Source: Bigelowiella natans CCMP2755
Taxonomy: Eukaryota > Protista > Cercozoa
DNA: 59,615 nt
Direction of reading: 5' to 3'
Assembly: GCA_000320545.1 (NCBI GenBank)
Contig: ADNK01002659.1
Span: 1 to 59,615, forward strand
Shown here: one piece after another, positions 10,446 to 23,100 of the stretch
How positions within the stretch are numbered: position 1 is the first letter of the stretch
Layout: each line of letters opens with the position of its first letter
Position numbers and translations under genes: made by a program
Notes under the pieces: generated by a model
Told to the model about the DNA's origin: nothing
What the model saw: the letters and a program-made list of their open reading frames with translations, nothing else
The model's database searches: none

Positions 10446-12013
10446 TTTTCGGATCGTTGTCGCTGGTGGAATGTCCACGCGATTTTGGACCTCACCTCCA
10501 CAAAATTGGTGATGGTGACACATTTGCAGAAAAGAGCCTGTTTTTGGGTTGTTCGCTGTTGTTTTGTGTCTCACCACCAACAGGGTGCTGACAAGTCCTT
10601 GCAACGAGTGTTGTTGAGGCTCTGCTGCACGCAAATGCCTGTGTCCCGTGTGGTTCTTGCGCATGTGGATTTGATCAACGCTTTTGCTCATTGTTCATTG
10701 TTCATTGTTGAGGCTCTGCTGCATGCAAACGCCTGTCTCCCACGCGGTTCTGGCGCATGCAGATTTGATCAACGCTTTGTTCATTGTTCGTTGTTCATTG
10801 TTCATTGTGGATGTTTGTGTGACAAGTCATGCTGCATGCAAACGCCTGTCTCCCATGTGGTTCTGGCGCGTGTGGATTTGATCAACGCTTTGTTCATTGT
10901 TCATTGTTCATTGGATGAGACAGACCTTCTCGGGAGTGAACCAAGCCGATCCGAGGCAGGCCAGCTGGGAAGGGCCAAATGAGTTTGCTCCTGAAACGAG
11001 TTCTCTGGGTGCTGACAAGTCCTTGCAACGAGTGTTGTTGAGGCTCTGCTGCGTGCAAACGCCTGTCTCCCATGTGGTTCTGGCGCATGCTGGCATGTGG
11101 ATTTGATCAACGCTTTGTTCATTGTTCATTGTTCATTGTTCTCTCCAATTTTTGAAGCAACTGGGATTGGACGACGAAGCAGAAGAGCTCAAAGAGAAGA
11201 TGACCGAGAAGAACAAAAAAGAGGCCGTCAGGGAGGGTGAAGCGAGGGCATGCGCGAGAGCAGAAACGGATGAGAGGAAATTGCTGGAGGCGAAACAGAA
11301 GGCAGAGGAGGAGGACAGCAACAGCATCAAGGAGCTGGAAGAAGCTGGAGCGAATCTTGCAACTGAGTTCGCCCAAGGAGAAACAACAGGAAACGAAGAA
11401 GGCGATTGAGAACTGTCTCAAAGAAGGGCAGAAGAAGCTGCCTGATGTGATGTCTGAGGGGAGTGGTTTGGGTGTGGCCGTTGGGGATGGCAAGCTGTTT
11501 GCGGTTGGTGGGCATGACGGTGGTGATCATCTCCAATCTGGGGAGCACCTGGATTTGGAAAAATGTTGTTGCGGGTGGAAGAAACTGTGACCATCAGGAG
11601 AGCTTTCTGGCTTTGAGTTTGGGTGCGGCTGTTGGGGATGGCAAGCTGTTTGCGGTTGGTGGGTCCGGCAAGAAATCTGGGGAGCATCTGGATTTGAAGA
11701 ATGTGAATGCGGGGTGGAAGAAACTGCCTGATGTGATGACTGAGAGAAGATGGTTGGGCGACGGCCGTTGGGGATGGCAATCTGTTTGCTGTTCAGTTTG
11801 GTGGGATGGCTGTTCATCATCCTTGACACTGAGGAATGTCTTCGCATCGTTGTCTGGACCGCTTCCGCACACACACCAGGTTCGCTGTCTGGAGATGGTT
11901 GGAAATGTGATCATTCATGGCCATCTGCAACTGCCACACCCAAACCATGTGACAATGTCTGTAGTTGTGCACTTCTCTTAGTCATCATGTCAGGTAGTGC
12001 CTTCCAGCCCGGC
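10446..12013 (+). pseudogene. Decayed coiled-coil plus Kelch-repeat gene relic within a TpA-free tract
   Basis: 11158-11430 is a charged coiled-coil. 11430-11800 holds three Kelch-like units (KKLPDVM..GLGVAVGDGKLFAVGGHDGGDHLQSGEHLDL...GWKKL) with frameshifts and a stop. An inverted Kelch fragment lies on the minus strand at ~11917-12013 (GWKALPDMMTKR..GLGVAVADG). Confidence 0.75.
10583..11140 (+). repeat. Four diverged copies of a ~100-130-bp unit, each ending in (TTCATTG)n
   Basis: Core TGCTGCAYGCAAAYGCCTGT..CCC....GGTTCT.GCGC..G..GATTTGATCAACGCTTT at ~10623, ~10717, ~10830 and ~11047. Copies 1 and 4 also share GGGTGCTGACAAGTCCTTGCAACGAGTGTTGTTGAGGC. Confidence 0.9.
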
Positions 12014-12303
12014 CGCTGCTTTGCATGGTTTGAAAGAATTTGATCATTTTATCACATGAGTCTCGCATGCCACGCGGAGACATGACGCACACTCGCAAAC
12101 GCTAGAACGCACGAAGAACAAACATGCACAATGCTAGAATGCGCTGCCGTGGCCTCACAATTCTTTTATGTGTTCAACATTTTTTGACAACAAATGCGCT
12201 TTGTGCAACACGCACAGATGGCACATTGTTACCGAGAGTTGAAGATCATTTCTGAGACAGTTCTATTACATGTGAATGACAACCCGCCTCCATGCATTTT
12301 TGT

Positions 12304-13070
12304 TCATTTTGATGTGGTCGGGAGAACACCATCATTAGCTACCCATTTACGCAGCGTCGGTACAAGAAGCGACCTGTAAGAGTTTGATAAAAAAATGACA
12401 GTTGAGGACCATGCACCTGCCATGTCACTCGCAGCACAAACAACGCATATACAAACCCGAATTCCTATCTCTCAACGATGCTGATACTAAATAAACAATA
12501 TGATACTATGAAGAAATAATCGCTGCCTAATCTGAACGAGCACACACGCAAGCACACAAGATGGTCCATCCTAATAAATATAGTAATACCCGAGAAGAAT
12601 TTGCATGGGGTGATAGACGAGGAGAGGTATCGTAATAATCGCTAATTTTGGATCTCCCTCGAACACAATTCCTGCGGGGTTGTACATTAACAACGTGGTA
12701 ATAGTACGAACACACAGGAGGGCGAATACATAACAGCAGCAGCAGCAGTAGCAGCAGCATAAGAGACAGAGTAATATCACCACCGATAGACGATAAGAAT
12801 AGGACGATGCGTATTCCAAACAATACAGGAAACATGGTATATAGAAACAAACTAGTGTCTTCCACACCACACACACCACCAACACACTTGCACACACGAA
12901 CTTAAACAAATGAGAAAACCGCAGATCATACAAACAGGGCCCAGGCGGCTGTTTTAGCAGTGATCCTCTGTCATCTACCAGCAATAGGCATCCCAAGGGT
13001 GAGGGACTTATGCACAGCGCAAAACATGGCTGCTACGGTATCGCTACCTGAACATATTACACACACACAC

Positions 13071-13121
<51 letters not shown>

Positions 13122-14185
13122 GAACAAACAATATCTGCGTCTCATACAATTAGATGCATATGTAATCGATAGAAAAAAGCATTTCGCTCGTGATCATATC
13201 GCCCCTGCGAAAACGCCTGGAGGCTCCTCGTTGCGACAAGACAGAGTTGTTGCTTCATTGAGGACAAAGCTTGCGCTCATTTCTCCTCTTCTTTTCGTCT
13301 AACATTACGTGTCATCTTTTGCGATTTGCAGATGGCCTTGACGAAGAACTAAGATTAATGAGCGTGGTATGTATGTATGTTGGATGATGTTACTTTATAG
13401 CACACAAGAAAGAAATTCGAAAATCTAGAATTCTTTGTTGCAATCATTCTTTCGATGCGAGAAATCATTTTTGGTATCTGAAAGTTCCAAAATTTCCCTA
13501 TTCTATCCTCCCCGTGCTCCCCCCCTCCCCCCCCCCTCTCTCTCTCGCTCGCCCTCTCCATCATCGATCATGGTAGATCTATTACCATGTTGCATATTTG
13601 CTGCATAAGCAATACTGCCGCTAAACCCAAGAAGAAGCCCCCCTACACGCGAAGAAATAACGGCAACCGTTCATTTAAAACAGATGCCAATGACTCAAGA
13701 AAGCACACAATTGGAACGTAGAAGGCAAGGCCGTTGCATATGTCGAATAGTGTACAATGCATTCGAGAGTGCTGGTGCGCTGACCGTGATTTGCAGCTCC
13801 TTCATGAACGTGGAGCAGAAGGTCGTGTATATGATCATGAGAAGGATCAGGCTACCAATAATATAAGTCATTGCAATTTAGTAGCAAACCAGCAACGCAT
13901 GAGTTTCAAGCAGCCTCTCATTGCTTGAGTGCCTCGTCCGCCCTCTTGTTCAAGACAGTTCGTTGTTATCAAGTCTTTTTTTTTGAATAATATACCCATC
14001 ATCATCGTGCGTACTACTCCCTCCTCCTTCCTCCAAATGCCATCACCATCACCAACCTTCTGAACGTAGAAAACGGGATCCTCTTGAGAGTCGATGATGA
14101 TATGATGCTAGAATACTTCGCAATCTAATGCAACGGCAACAACGGGGTCAGAATCAGCATATTAGACTACGACTTCTTTCGCTAT

Positions 14186-14228
<43 letters not shown>

Positions 14229-15960
14229 TATATATTTATAATATACTATGCAGCCGCAACCATTTCGAATGCGACATAACACCAGTCCCTGCAAGCATGC
14301 GATGTGTGTGCAGGTGTGCTGTGTATTAATGCGATTATTGTCAATGATGATGATGCTGATGATGCTGACAGCGAGAATATATACGCACTGCTGCTACCTG
14401 TCCAAGGGCAAGTGGGAGAACTACAGTCACGAAGAGCTTTGAGAAGATAGATGCGATTGGCACCTGGCAATAACACCTCCCCCGTGTGAGTTATCATTTT
14501 GATCCCAGTGGAAGAAAGGAGCTCTAATTCATCCGCACACATCAGCCTATTCTGAAAACCCGCTATCACGAGATCATCGAATTACATTAGCTGATCCTCC
14601 TGTGACCTTCATCACCAGCAGGGGCGTCACGATTACTCCCAAGAAAGCTCCAATAGTCCCATTAACTAATCCGCAAGTAAGGCAACGAACAACATCCCTC
14701 TTCAACAAAACGTATCAATACCACGATTCCAGAGCAAGCCTGTTTTACATATGGCGACAGCTTCGTTGCCCTCTGTGGCCTTCGTGAGGATGAGGCCAGT
14801 GCTCACGGGAGGGGGCAGGCATGACAGCACCTGAGTAGGAGGAATTCGAGAGGCGGCGGCGGGTAAATAGAATGCAGGGGGAGAACAGAAACAACTCCAT
14901 CGAAAGCCTCCGGACTTCATTTATCGGATGACCCGCCAAATTATACATGTCAGCATATTGGTAGTATATGGCACCCTTATCCCCATCAGAAGTGACAACA
15001 CGTCTCCACCAGCTTCAACCCCCATCAGAGGAAGGAAGGACGTCTCCAGAAATCTAGAGGGGGTGGGCGCCACGGATGAGGGCGGTTATTTCATATTCGA
15101 GTAATGCGAGGAATCATTTCTTCGCAACATCCCCCCCCTCCACCCCCTTGTAAAATTACAACTTCGACTACCCAGCAAGAACGCAGATCATCAAAGGGGT
15201 GACGAGGAGTGAAAATCCTTGAATGGTTACGTGAACTTTTACCTGTAAGAAATATGTGTATTCGTCATCGAAATAATTCGATATTGTGTGAACCCTTCCC
15301 CTCAACCCCTCCCCTGCCTACGAAGTCTAATGTAAGAGTGGACGTTTAAATACATTCATCGCAGCAGCAGCCAGCTCTTCCGTTTTTAAGGACAGCCCTA
15401 ATTTGGATTGGCATAGTCGGTGAAAATGCACGCAGTCTGAAATGCTTTCTACTCTTTCCAGCGCGTTGACCGATACGACAACTAATCTCCTAGTTCCGAT
15501 TAATTTCTATTTAAATTTATCATCACAGTTTATCTTCCCCACCACTCATGAAGAATATGAGCCCCACACCAATATATTTGACAGTTACTTCTGGCTTCAA
15601 TGGACCCCCCTTTATATTCAAAGGATATTCAGCAACAATGTTATGATTTCGGTGAAATAACATTTTCCCTACAAAATAAATCATGCAAATTCTGATACAG
15701 ATGATTAACATTAACTAACATGTATAGAAATGGCAATGAAAGTAAATACATAGACAATAAAAAATACAACATCTCTGCTAACCATTAAAGCACAGAGTAC
15801 ACAAGTATACAAACACACAAATACACACTAAAATTAACACACGCACACTATCATACATAGCAAATCACACACTAGTTGTAAAATGAGTATGATCACAGAT
15901 TCACGAGATGAGTCCATGCAAATACCTTGATACCGAAGGATGGATTCATTTTTGCAAGAA
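12304..15960 (-). CDS. SLC10A7: Sodium/bile acid cotransporter 7-like (SBF-like/Rch1) membrane protein; the 5' end may extend to ~16900
   Basis: Exons match SLC10A7 hallmarks in order: KGGPLKPEVTVKYIGVGLIFFMSG, GLSLKTEELAAA, VLSCLPPPVSTGLILTKATEGNEAVAI, GTIGAFLGVIVTPLL, MFCAVHKSLTLGMPIA, IVFEGDPKLAIITIPLLVYHPMQILLG|SLLVPTLRKW; stop at 12304. Confidence 0.9.
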
Positions 15961-17125
15961 ATATCGAAGTGAAAACAGCCAAAATGAACCATTGACTCTT
16001 CGCCAACCGAAGGCTCCTAGCTACGAGGCTACCCCCCCCAGGGGTTCGCCTAACGTACCTCCTCACTTTAATACCATTGGCCTATATTGCGCAATGTATT
16101 AGAGAAATATTTGTTACGTCCTCTGATTGAGGTCTGAGCATACGAATAGATGGACAACATGTAACACAACACACCCTGGATTTCGACTTATCGCCAGTTT
16201 TCGCATGGACGCTCGGTCTCGGTTCTGGGATTGAGGCCATGGATGGATGCTTGGTCTAAATATTCCGTATGAGACACAATGATCAAACTACCCAGCGTAG
16301 CAGACACATACGCACAGCCCCACCCAACGCCACAAGGAGGAAAGATGGCTCCCAAATATAGGCCTCATGCACATAACTGGAAATTAAGCTCAACCATTGT
16401 AAATGAGAAGATTCTTCGGCCCTTCAAGGAAAAGTTAAAAAAGGGGAGGGAGGCAATTGGAGTGTTTGGCTTGTGTTTGGGTGTGTGAGAACAGCCAGCT
16501 ACCGTCTGGGAGGCACCTCGTAGCGGTCCAGGCTCTCGAAACTTAAACAGTGTGATGAGGACGTTCTTTTCTTTACGACATCCCCCCAGTGTTACCGCAA
16601 AATAAAAATGGCCTGTGTTCGGGATGATTTTGTACCTTAAACCCCGATACTACCGCTACAGAATCTCCCATAAAGGAAGATATTGGTATTCGTTTTTGAT
16701 GCCACAGCCAATAATAGGTCAGGTTTATTTACCTACGACAGAAGATTTTGGACTGGAAGAGTGCAAATTCAGACCTTTTTCATTTTTTACTGCCTTTGGA
16801 TGCTTCCGAAGGAGCATGGGATTTGTACAACTACGACGGCATTCTGCTCCTGACGCAGAGGAATTTCAACATACAATTTACCTGAAATTAAGGGATTCGC
16901 TTGTGAAGCAAGTACATGGAGCTGTAATGTTTGGAGTGACAACAGCCAAAGTTCACCGACAATTTATCGATGAGTAATCGACGTACAATTTGTGTTTCAT
17001 CATGGGAAATTGGGAAGTCGTAGTTCAAAAAGTTTATCTGTTTTGCTTGACATAGACTTGGTAATCCTAGGTAATCTCCGCAATTATCAAAAATAGCCCA
17101 AAGCTCAAATCCTTGCATCCCAAGA

Positions 17126-20100
17126 ATGCAATCCGAGGACCCTAAATCTGTGGTGAAGTCGGCCGAGGGGGCGGATAGAGATGTGAAAAATGATGGCGAG
17201 GAAAAGGTGAAAATTATGGCTCCGAATGATAGCATAAAGACCGAAGAAAAGGATCAGTTTCAGAATGTGATGGCCAAAAGAGATCCAAATTTGAATATGA
17301 TAAGACGTGACACAAGGCTCTTCTACTAACAGTGCATTCATTATTTTTGCTGCGGAGAGCTATAATCATTAGTAACTTTCTCAGCTGATTTTTCACAGTA
17401 ACAGATACGTATTTATGAAACCTATACAGCCAATCGAATCATCATCAGAAGCTGTAGCTTCTTCGAAGACGGATGGTGTACAAGGAACGACGAGGAGCGA
17501 GAAAAAGGCAACAGGTGAGACTACAGAAGTGCAAACGGATGAACAAGTTTGCAAGAATAACACGGAGGTTGGCAGTAATAATGATACGACACCCAATGCA
17601 AACAAGGAAACCATCGAATCAAAGAAAGATGATGAAGGCGAAAAGATTAAAGCGAAGGAGATCGACGGGAATGTAGAAGTAGAGTCGGGAGCGGACAATA
17701 TGAACAAAGTTAAAAAAGAGAACTACGATGCTGAAACAAGCAAAACCGGAGGTGATACCAAAGACCCAGGTCATGATGTTGAGAAAAAGGAAGACAAACT
17801 CAAGAAAACTGACAATGGAACGAAGAAGATTGGAGACATAACGAAGAAGACAAATGATGACACGAAAAAAAATGGTGATGATACGAAGGAAGCAGACGAT
17901 AATACGACGAAGAAGGAAGAAGTAAAGGCATCCGCGGCTCTTATAATTCAAAACCATGCACACTTGTTCTCAGAGGACGCCGATAAGAACGTCGCTATTC
18001 ACGAGGAACGAGCGCTTGAAAAGCAGGATATGGAGGTATTTCTACTGAACCCGAATCGAGATGGGGTAGCTGGCGTTGATGGAAATAGAGGCACAGATGG
18101 AAAGGATGCTGATACCAAAGATAACAATGGTGGACCTGGCGAGGAAGGACAGTCTGGCTCAGTTGGACAGCCAGGGGTAGGGAAACAGCTTACCATTACA
18201 TTACAATCATCATCATGGGATTACACACAAGATGCTTTCGGCTGAAAAGATTTGTAGCTTGAACATGTCCACAAGTATATACACACACAAACAAACGCAC
18301 ATATGTAGACCTAGACATATGCCCGAATATGCACAAACTCTCAAATGACGCATTTAGATTCCTGCTGCTGACTTTCAAGTCCGAGTGCGCCTTCAAGGAT
18401 CGACTGAGACAATGGTGAAGATAAAGCTGGAACCTACTCTCCTCGCGTCTCCCCCTCTTCCTTCTATAGCTAATGTTACCACAAAAGATTCAATTGGAAA
18501 GCAGGAAAAGAAGGTACGTGAGGATGGAGAGGATGCTGAAGAGAATAAGCAAGTAGAAGGAAAAAACGCAGAAATGAAGAAGGAAACCAGGGATTCCAAC
18601 TTTCCCGCTGCTGCTCCTGCAGCTGCTCCGTCTTATGCCAAGGAACCAAAGGAGATTGAGCTGAAGGCGGGGGATTACGTTGTGATTGACAACAGGGGAG
18701 GCCGGGGTGGAGTAGGCGGTATAGGAGGCAATGGAGGTAGGGGAGGAAAGGGCTTTGATGGAGCGGATGGTGAAAACGGTAATTCTGACGATTCAAAGAA
18801 AACGTCATATTCTCTTCGCTACTCAGAGTGATGTGTCCACATGCGGATAACTTTGTATGTTCGATATAGGGCAAGACGGGGATGCTGGCAAGCCAGGAGA
18901 AGATGGCAAGAAGGGTAATAAACAGAAGGATCCACGCTTACGCGATGTGTGCAGTTTGATGAAGCTAGCTTTGAAAATAGAAGATTCAATGGAAAATAGC
19001 AATAATGAAAGCAACCTAACTATACTAATTACGCTGCTCTTTTATCACTTCTCCTCTCCCTCTCTACCTCTAAAATTTTCACACTAAAAGGGTACGATGG
19101 GGGTGATGGTGGTGATGGCACAAATGGGGGTCCTGGTGGTAAAGCCGGGCAGGGTGGCAGAGGTGGCATCTCTGGGAGGGGAGGAAGGCTTATTATCGAG
19201 GCGAATGAGAAGGACGCACATGTTCTCTGGCTTGTAGAAGCGCAATGCTCTATGGGTTGTATAATTGTATAGAACTGAAAACGACTCGTGCTTACATAAC
19301 CTTGAATATTTGAATGATGATGCGGCAACAATTTGTACCATTGTGTGCGCAATGGTGAAACAAATAGATGGTATTGTCACAGAGATAGAAACACGCGGTC
19401 CCGTTTCTGTCAAAAAACAGCGATTTCATGTGCTGCGAAGCTTCAAAAATCCTACAGATAGCCATGCTATTGATGACGATAATGTTGGCTGGGCCGGAGT
19501 GATGCCAGTAAGGTAAATACAATGTTCCTGATTTTATTTCGTCTGAATAGGAAGACCTGGAGAAGGGGGAGCTTCTGGCAGCCCTGGGGAGGGAGGAACC
19601 AAAGGTGACGAAATGAGTACCTTATCTATGTTACCCGAGCGTACCCTTAGCCACCTCTCTACCCTCCCCTCTATCTCATAGGTAAGGGTGGAAAGGGCGG
19701 CAAAGGTGGCAAAGGCGGAAAGGCTGGGGTTGGAAACGAAAAACGACGATTCACATTCTCAGGTGATGGATCGCTATACATTTGTTCCAAGTTGGATATT
19801 TAGGCTCTGCCATTTTCTACATTTTTTCCTGTAACTCTTCCTGCATGTTTGGTGCTGAATATTTTGGTTGGTGGGCAGGGAAATCGGGAAAAAATGGGAA
19901 AAAGGGGGCTGACGGAAAGGATGGGCTCAAAGGGGAGACAGCGACCGGTAAGAAAAAGTTAGAGTGAACCCATAAATAACATTCCACATTTATCGTAAAT
20001 TAAGAGTATCAGGGGACGATGATAGCAAAGTTTCAATCTTGTTAATCTTCAGATGTTCTCATATATATGTTTAATCTCTCTGTCTGCGAAATATTTTACC

Positions 20101-23100
20101 AAATAACCGTTAGCCGGAGATGTCGGTGACAGATCTGAGAATGGAAAAATCACGTGGAGAATCGTTAATGATAAAGGCGAAGCGATGGAGGAGGGACCAG
20201 GAAAATTCGAGCTTGCTCTCAATTCGTTCAATCACTACGATAAGGACGGCAACGGCCTCTATGGCCCTGGAAGCAAAATAGTCTTCAGCAAGTTCAACTT
20301 TACAAATTTCGGCGCACTCACCTGCCCAAAGGGTACGTTGGTAAACTATGCTGAGGGGGGGAGATCAGTGTCGTCCAATCATATCTATTTTAGAATATTA
20401 CTTCGTTGATTCAAACTCAAACCATGTACAAAAATCATCAAAAGCTTTTATTGCTGTTTGCTGATACTGATACTTTTACTACTCTGTTACAATTACCACA
20501 GGAGCCGTATTGGAGTTGCGACAAGTTGAAAGCGATGTCCAAGTGAGAAATAACCTCGATTCGAGCATGATAGGAGGTAGTGATGGCCAAACGGTAGATA
20601 AGAAAGACCCTGATAATAACAAGACGAAGGACGATGTGAAAGTGGCAAAATCCGGTGATGCCAAGAAGATTAACCCAAGCAAAATGACAACATCTTCTGA
20701 ATCCTCTGCTGATAATAAAATAATGGGGACGTTTGAGCTACCAGCCATCAAAAAAGGAGAGGCGTGTGCGGAGCTGAAAGGCAGCATTGAAGCTACAATC
20801 CCTGATGTTGCCAAGGGCCTTCCTAAGAAGAACACGCACTTTTCGCAGACGATCACCTTTGCTTCGCAGGTGAAGATGCTTGGGCGAGCCTTCCCCTCGT
20901 GCTCCGGAGTACAGAGACAGGTGACTGTGCAGTGGCCTATTCAGGTGGAGATGGTCAAGACAGCAAGCATTCTTGGGCCAAGCGAATTCACCTCATTCGA
21001 CGTTGCTATCAAGAATATGAGCCAGCGAGACTATGGCAGCCATGTGGGGGAGAACTCCGGGGGCTCGGTTTTCCTGCACCTCTATAGCTCAAAGTTCTTT
21101 GCATTCGTTCCATATAACCGGCCATTTTTGCGCCATGAGGTCCCTTTGCTCAAGGCAGGTGTAACTGTGAAGTTTAAGTTCAGTATTAACTTGTTGCCAG
21201 ATGCCAATAGCGTGCTTTTCTCTGACCAAGAGATCGGAGTTGAGCTGGTATTGAACGATCGTGTCATCGAACAGCATGAGCGTAGGGTGCGAGTTACCCC
21301 TGCCTTCATCAAGAATAAGCGCGCAGATGTGTGCATTTTCACATCGAAGAAGTTTCTGCATGAGAATTTTGTCGCGTGGAATCAGCTGATGGCCGATCTC
21401 GAGCTCAGCTACAATATCTGGTCCCTCGACCGCTATCAGGGATTTCATGATGTTAACTCCAAAGTGACCTGGTTAGGAAGCGTTAGCTACGTTGTCTTTC
21501 CGACGTTCAACGACGAGGATATCGCACGACAGCTGGACTTTCAATCCCTCTTTTTGCATCTCCGCGGCATGCACAACAAGCAAGTGCATCACAACCTCGC
21601 TGCTGCCGTCTCCACCGATAAAAAGGAGCCGGAGCAGGTCAAGAAAAACGAGGATGACGATGAGAAGCACCACGACAAGAGCGATGCAGACGACAATCCC
21701 CCCAACACGCTGACGGGAGGGAGAAGGCACGGCGTACTTGTAACGGGTGTGGAAAAACACCAGACCCTCGACCGTATTCTCTTTGACTTTGATAGGCCGG
21801 TCGTCGGAGCAGGAAGGGGCTTTGCAGACGCTGTAATCAAGGAGGCGGACAAAACAACCAGCGAACGCAGCACCCTCTTCTCCCTCCTCGGTCTCTCGGA
21901 TAAGGTGCAGTATAACGAGCTCATGCAACAAAAGGAGCAGTATGATGAGAAAGCGTCTTCCTCCTCGTGGACGGGCTTCTCCCTACTCCCCTGCCTGACG
22001 ACTCCGGCTGCGCGGTGGGGTAAAGCGGCGCGTAGTGTTGAGGCGGAGGTTTCTGCCGCGAATTGGAAGGGCGAGCCGTATGCATTCAAAGCCGTCTCGG
22101 TTTCAGATATGACCACTTCCATGATGTGCTGTGACGACTATGGATCGTACGTCGTACTGAGATCCATCGTGCCTCTTTCCACCCCTGTGGCGACGCTTCC
22201 CGGTGGGAGCAACCTCACTGAAGGTAAGAGGAGTGGTAGTAAGTGCTAGATTTGATTGAACGCAAGGAGCTCATGGTCATCATTTGCCATATCGTTTGCA
22301 ACCACAGCTGTTGCATGGGATCTGAGAAGGGGATATTTAAGATGACGTTACGTTCTTTTACTCCATTTTCACCTTCGCATACTCGTAACAATCGCACAAT
22401 CGCCGTACGTAACTTAATATTATTTTTACATCTTTCCAACATCCCCCCCACCCCCCTGTAGGGCCCGACGTGGGCAGGCCGTATAGCAAGATCGGCGATG
22501 AGTATAAGCTGCGTTCTCCAACTGGGGACAAGCTGATATTGAAGAAGGGCGCCTATACAGATGCTCTCTGTGCCATGTTCACTCTCCTCCCCCTCGAAAA
22601 GCAAGCGAAACTCACCAAGCGAGAGATCGGTGAAACCCCGAAGCCTGTCCACTGGTATGCAATGACAGGGTATGCGCCCTCTCGAGGGACGCAGGCAATT
22701 CAGATCGATGACGTTGCCCTCGCTGCACTGAAGCAAAGGGTGCTTCAGGAGTTCCGAATGGGACAAAAGGCGGTCAAATCAACCATGATCGCCATTGAAG
22801 TCAAAGGCGCAGCTGATTCTGAGCAGCTCGTCACCGAATCGGAGCTTCTCCGCTCCTTTCCCTTTTACCAAGAGCTGAAGGCACTCAAGCCGAAGGGGCT
22901 GCAGATCCTCAACTGCACCACCGCAGTTAAGTCGGCCTATTCAAAGCTGGCCAGCGAGCAGTACACTTCATTCGAGTGCTTTAATCCCGCACTCAAGCAA
23001 AGACTCGAGGAGCTGAAGACCGTGGTTAAATACATGGAGGAGATGTTCCCGGAGAACCCAGACACCGTGGCGGCGGCAAGGCGAGGCCTTGTAGCCGCCT

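Noticed and set aside
10446-11962. Classical RIP or CpG decay as the cause of TG/CA richness
   Set aside because: RIP creates TpA and CpG decay removes CG. Here TA is absent and CG is plentiful.
10385-12043. Dense overlapping ORFs on both strands as real genes
   Set aside because: Loss of TA removes TAA and TAG stops, which lengthens ORFs artificially. The Kelch frame is broken.
18060-19950. True collagen
   Set aside because: The repeats are short, interrupted GGxGGx/GxxG runs with little Pro, not a continuous Gly-X-Y helix.
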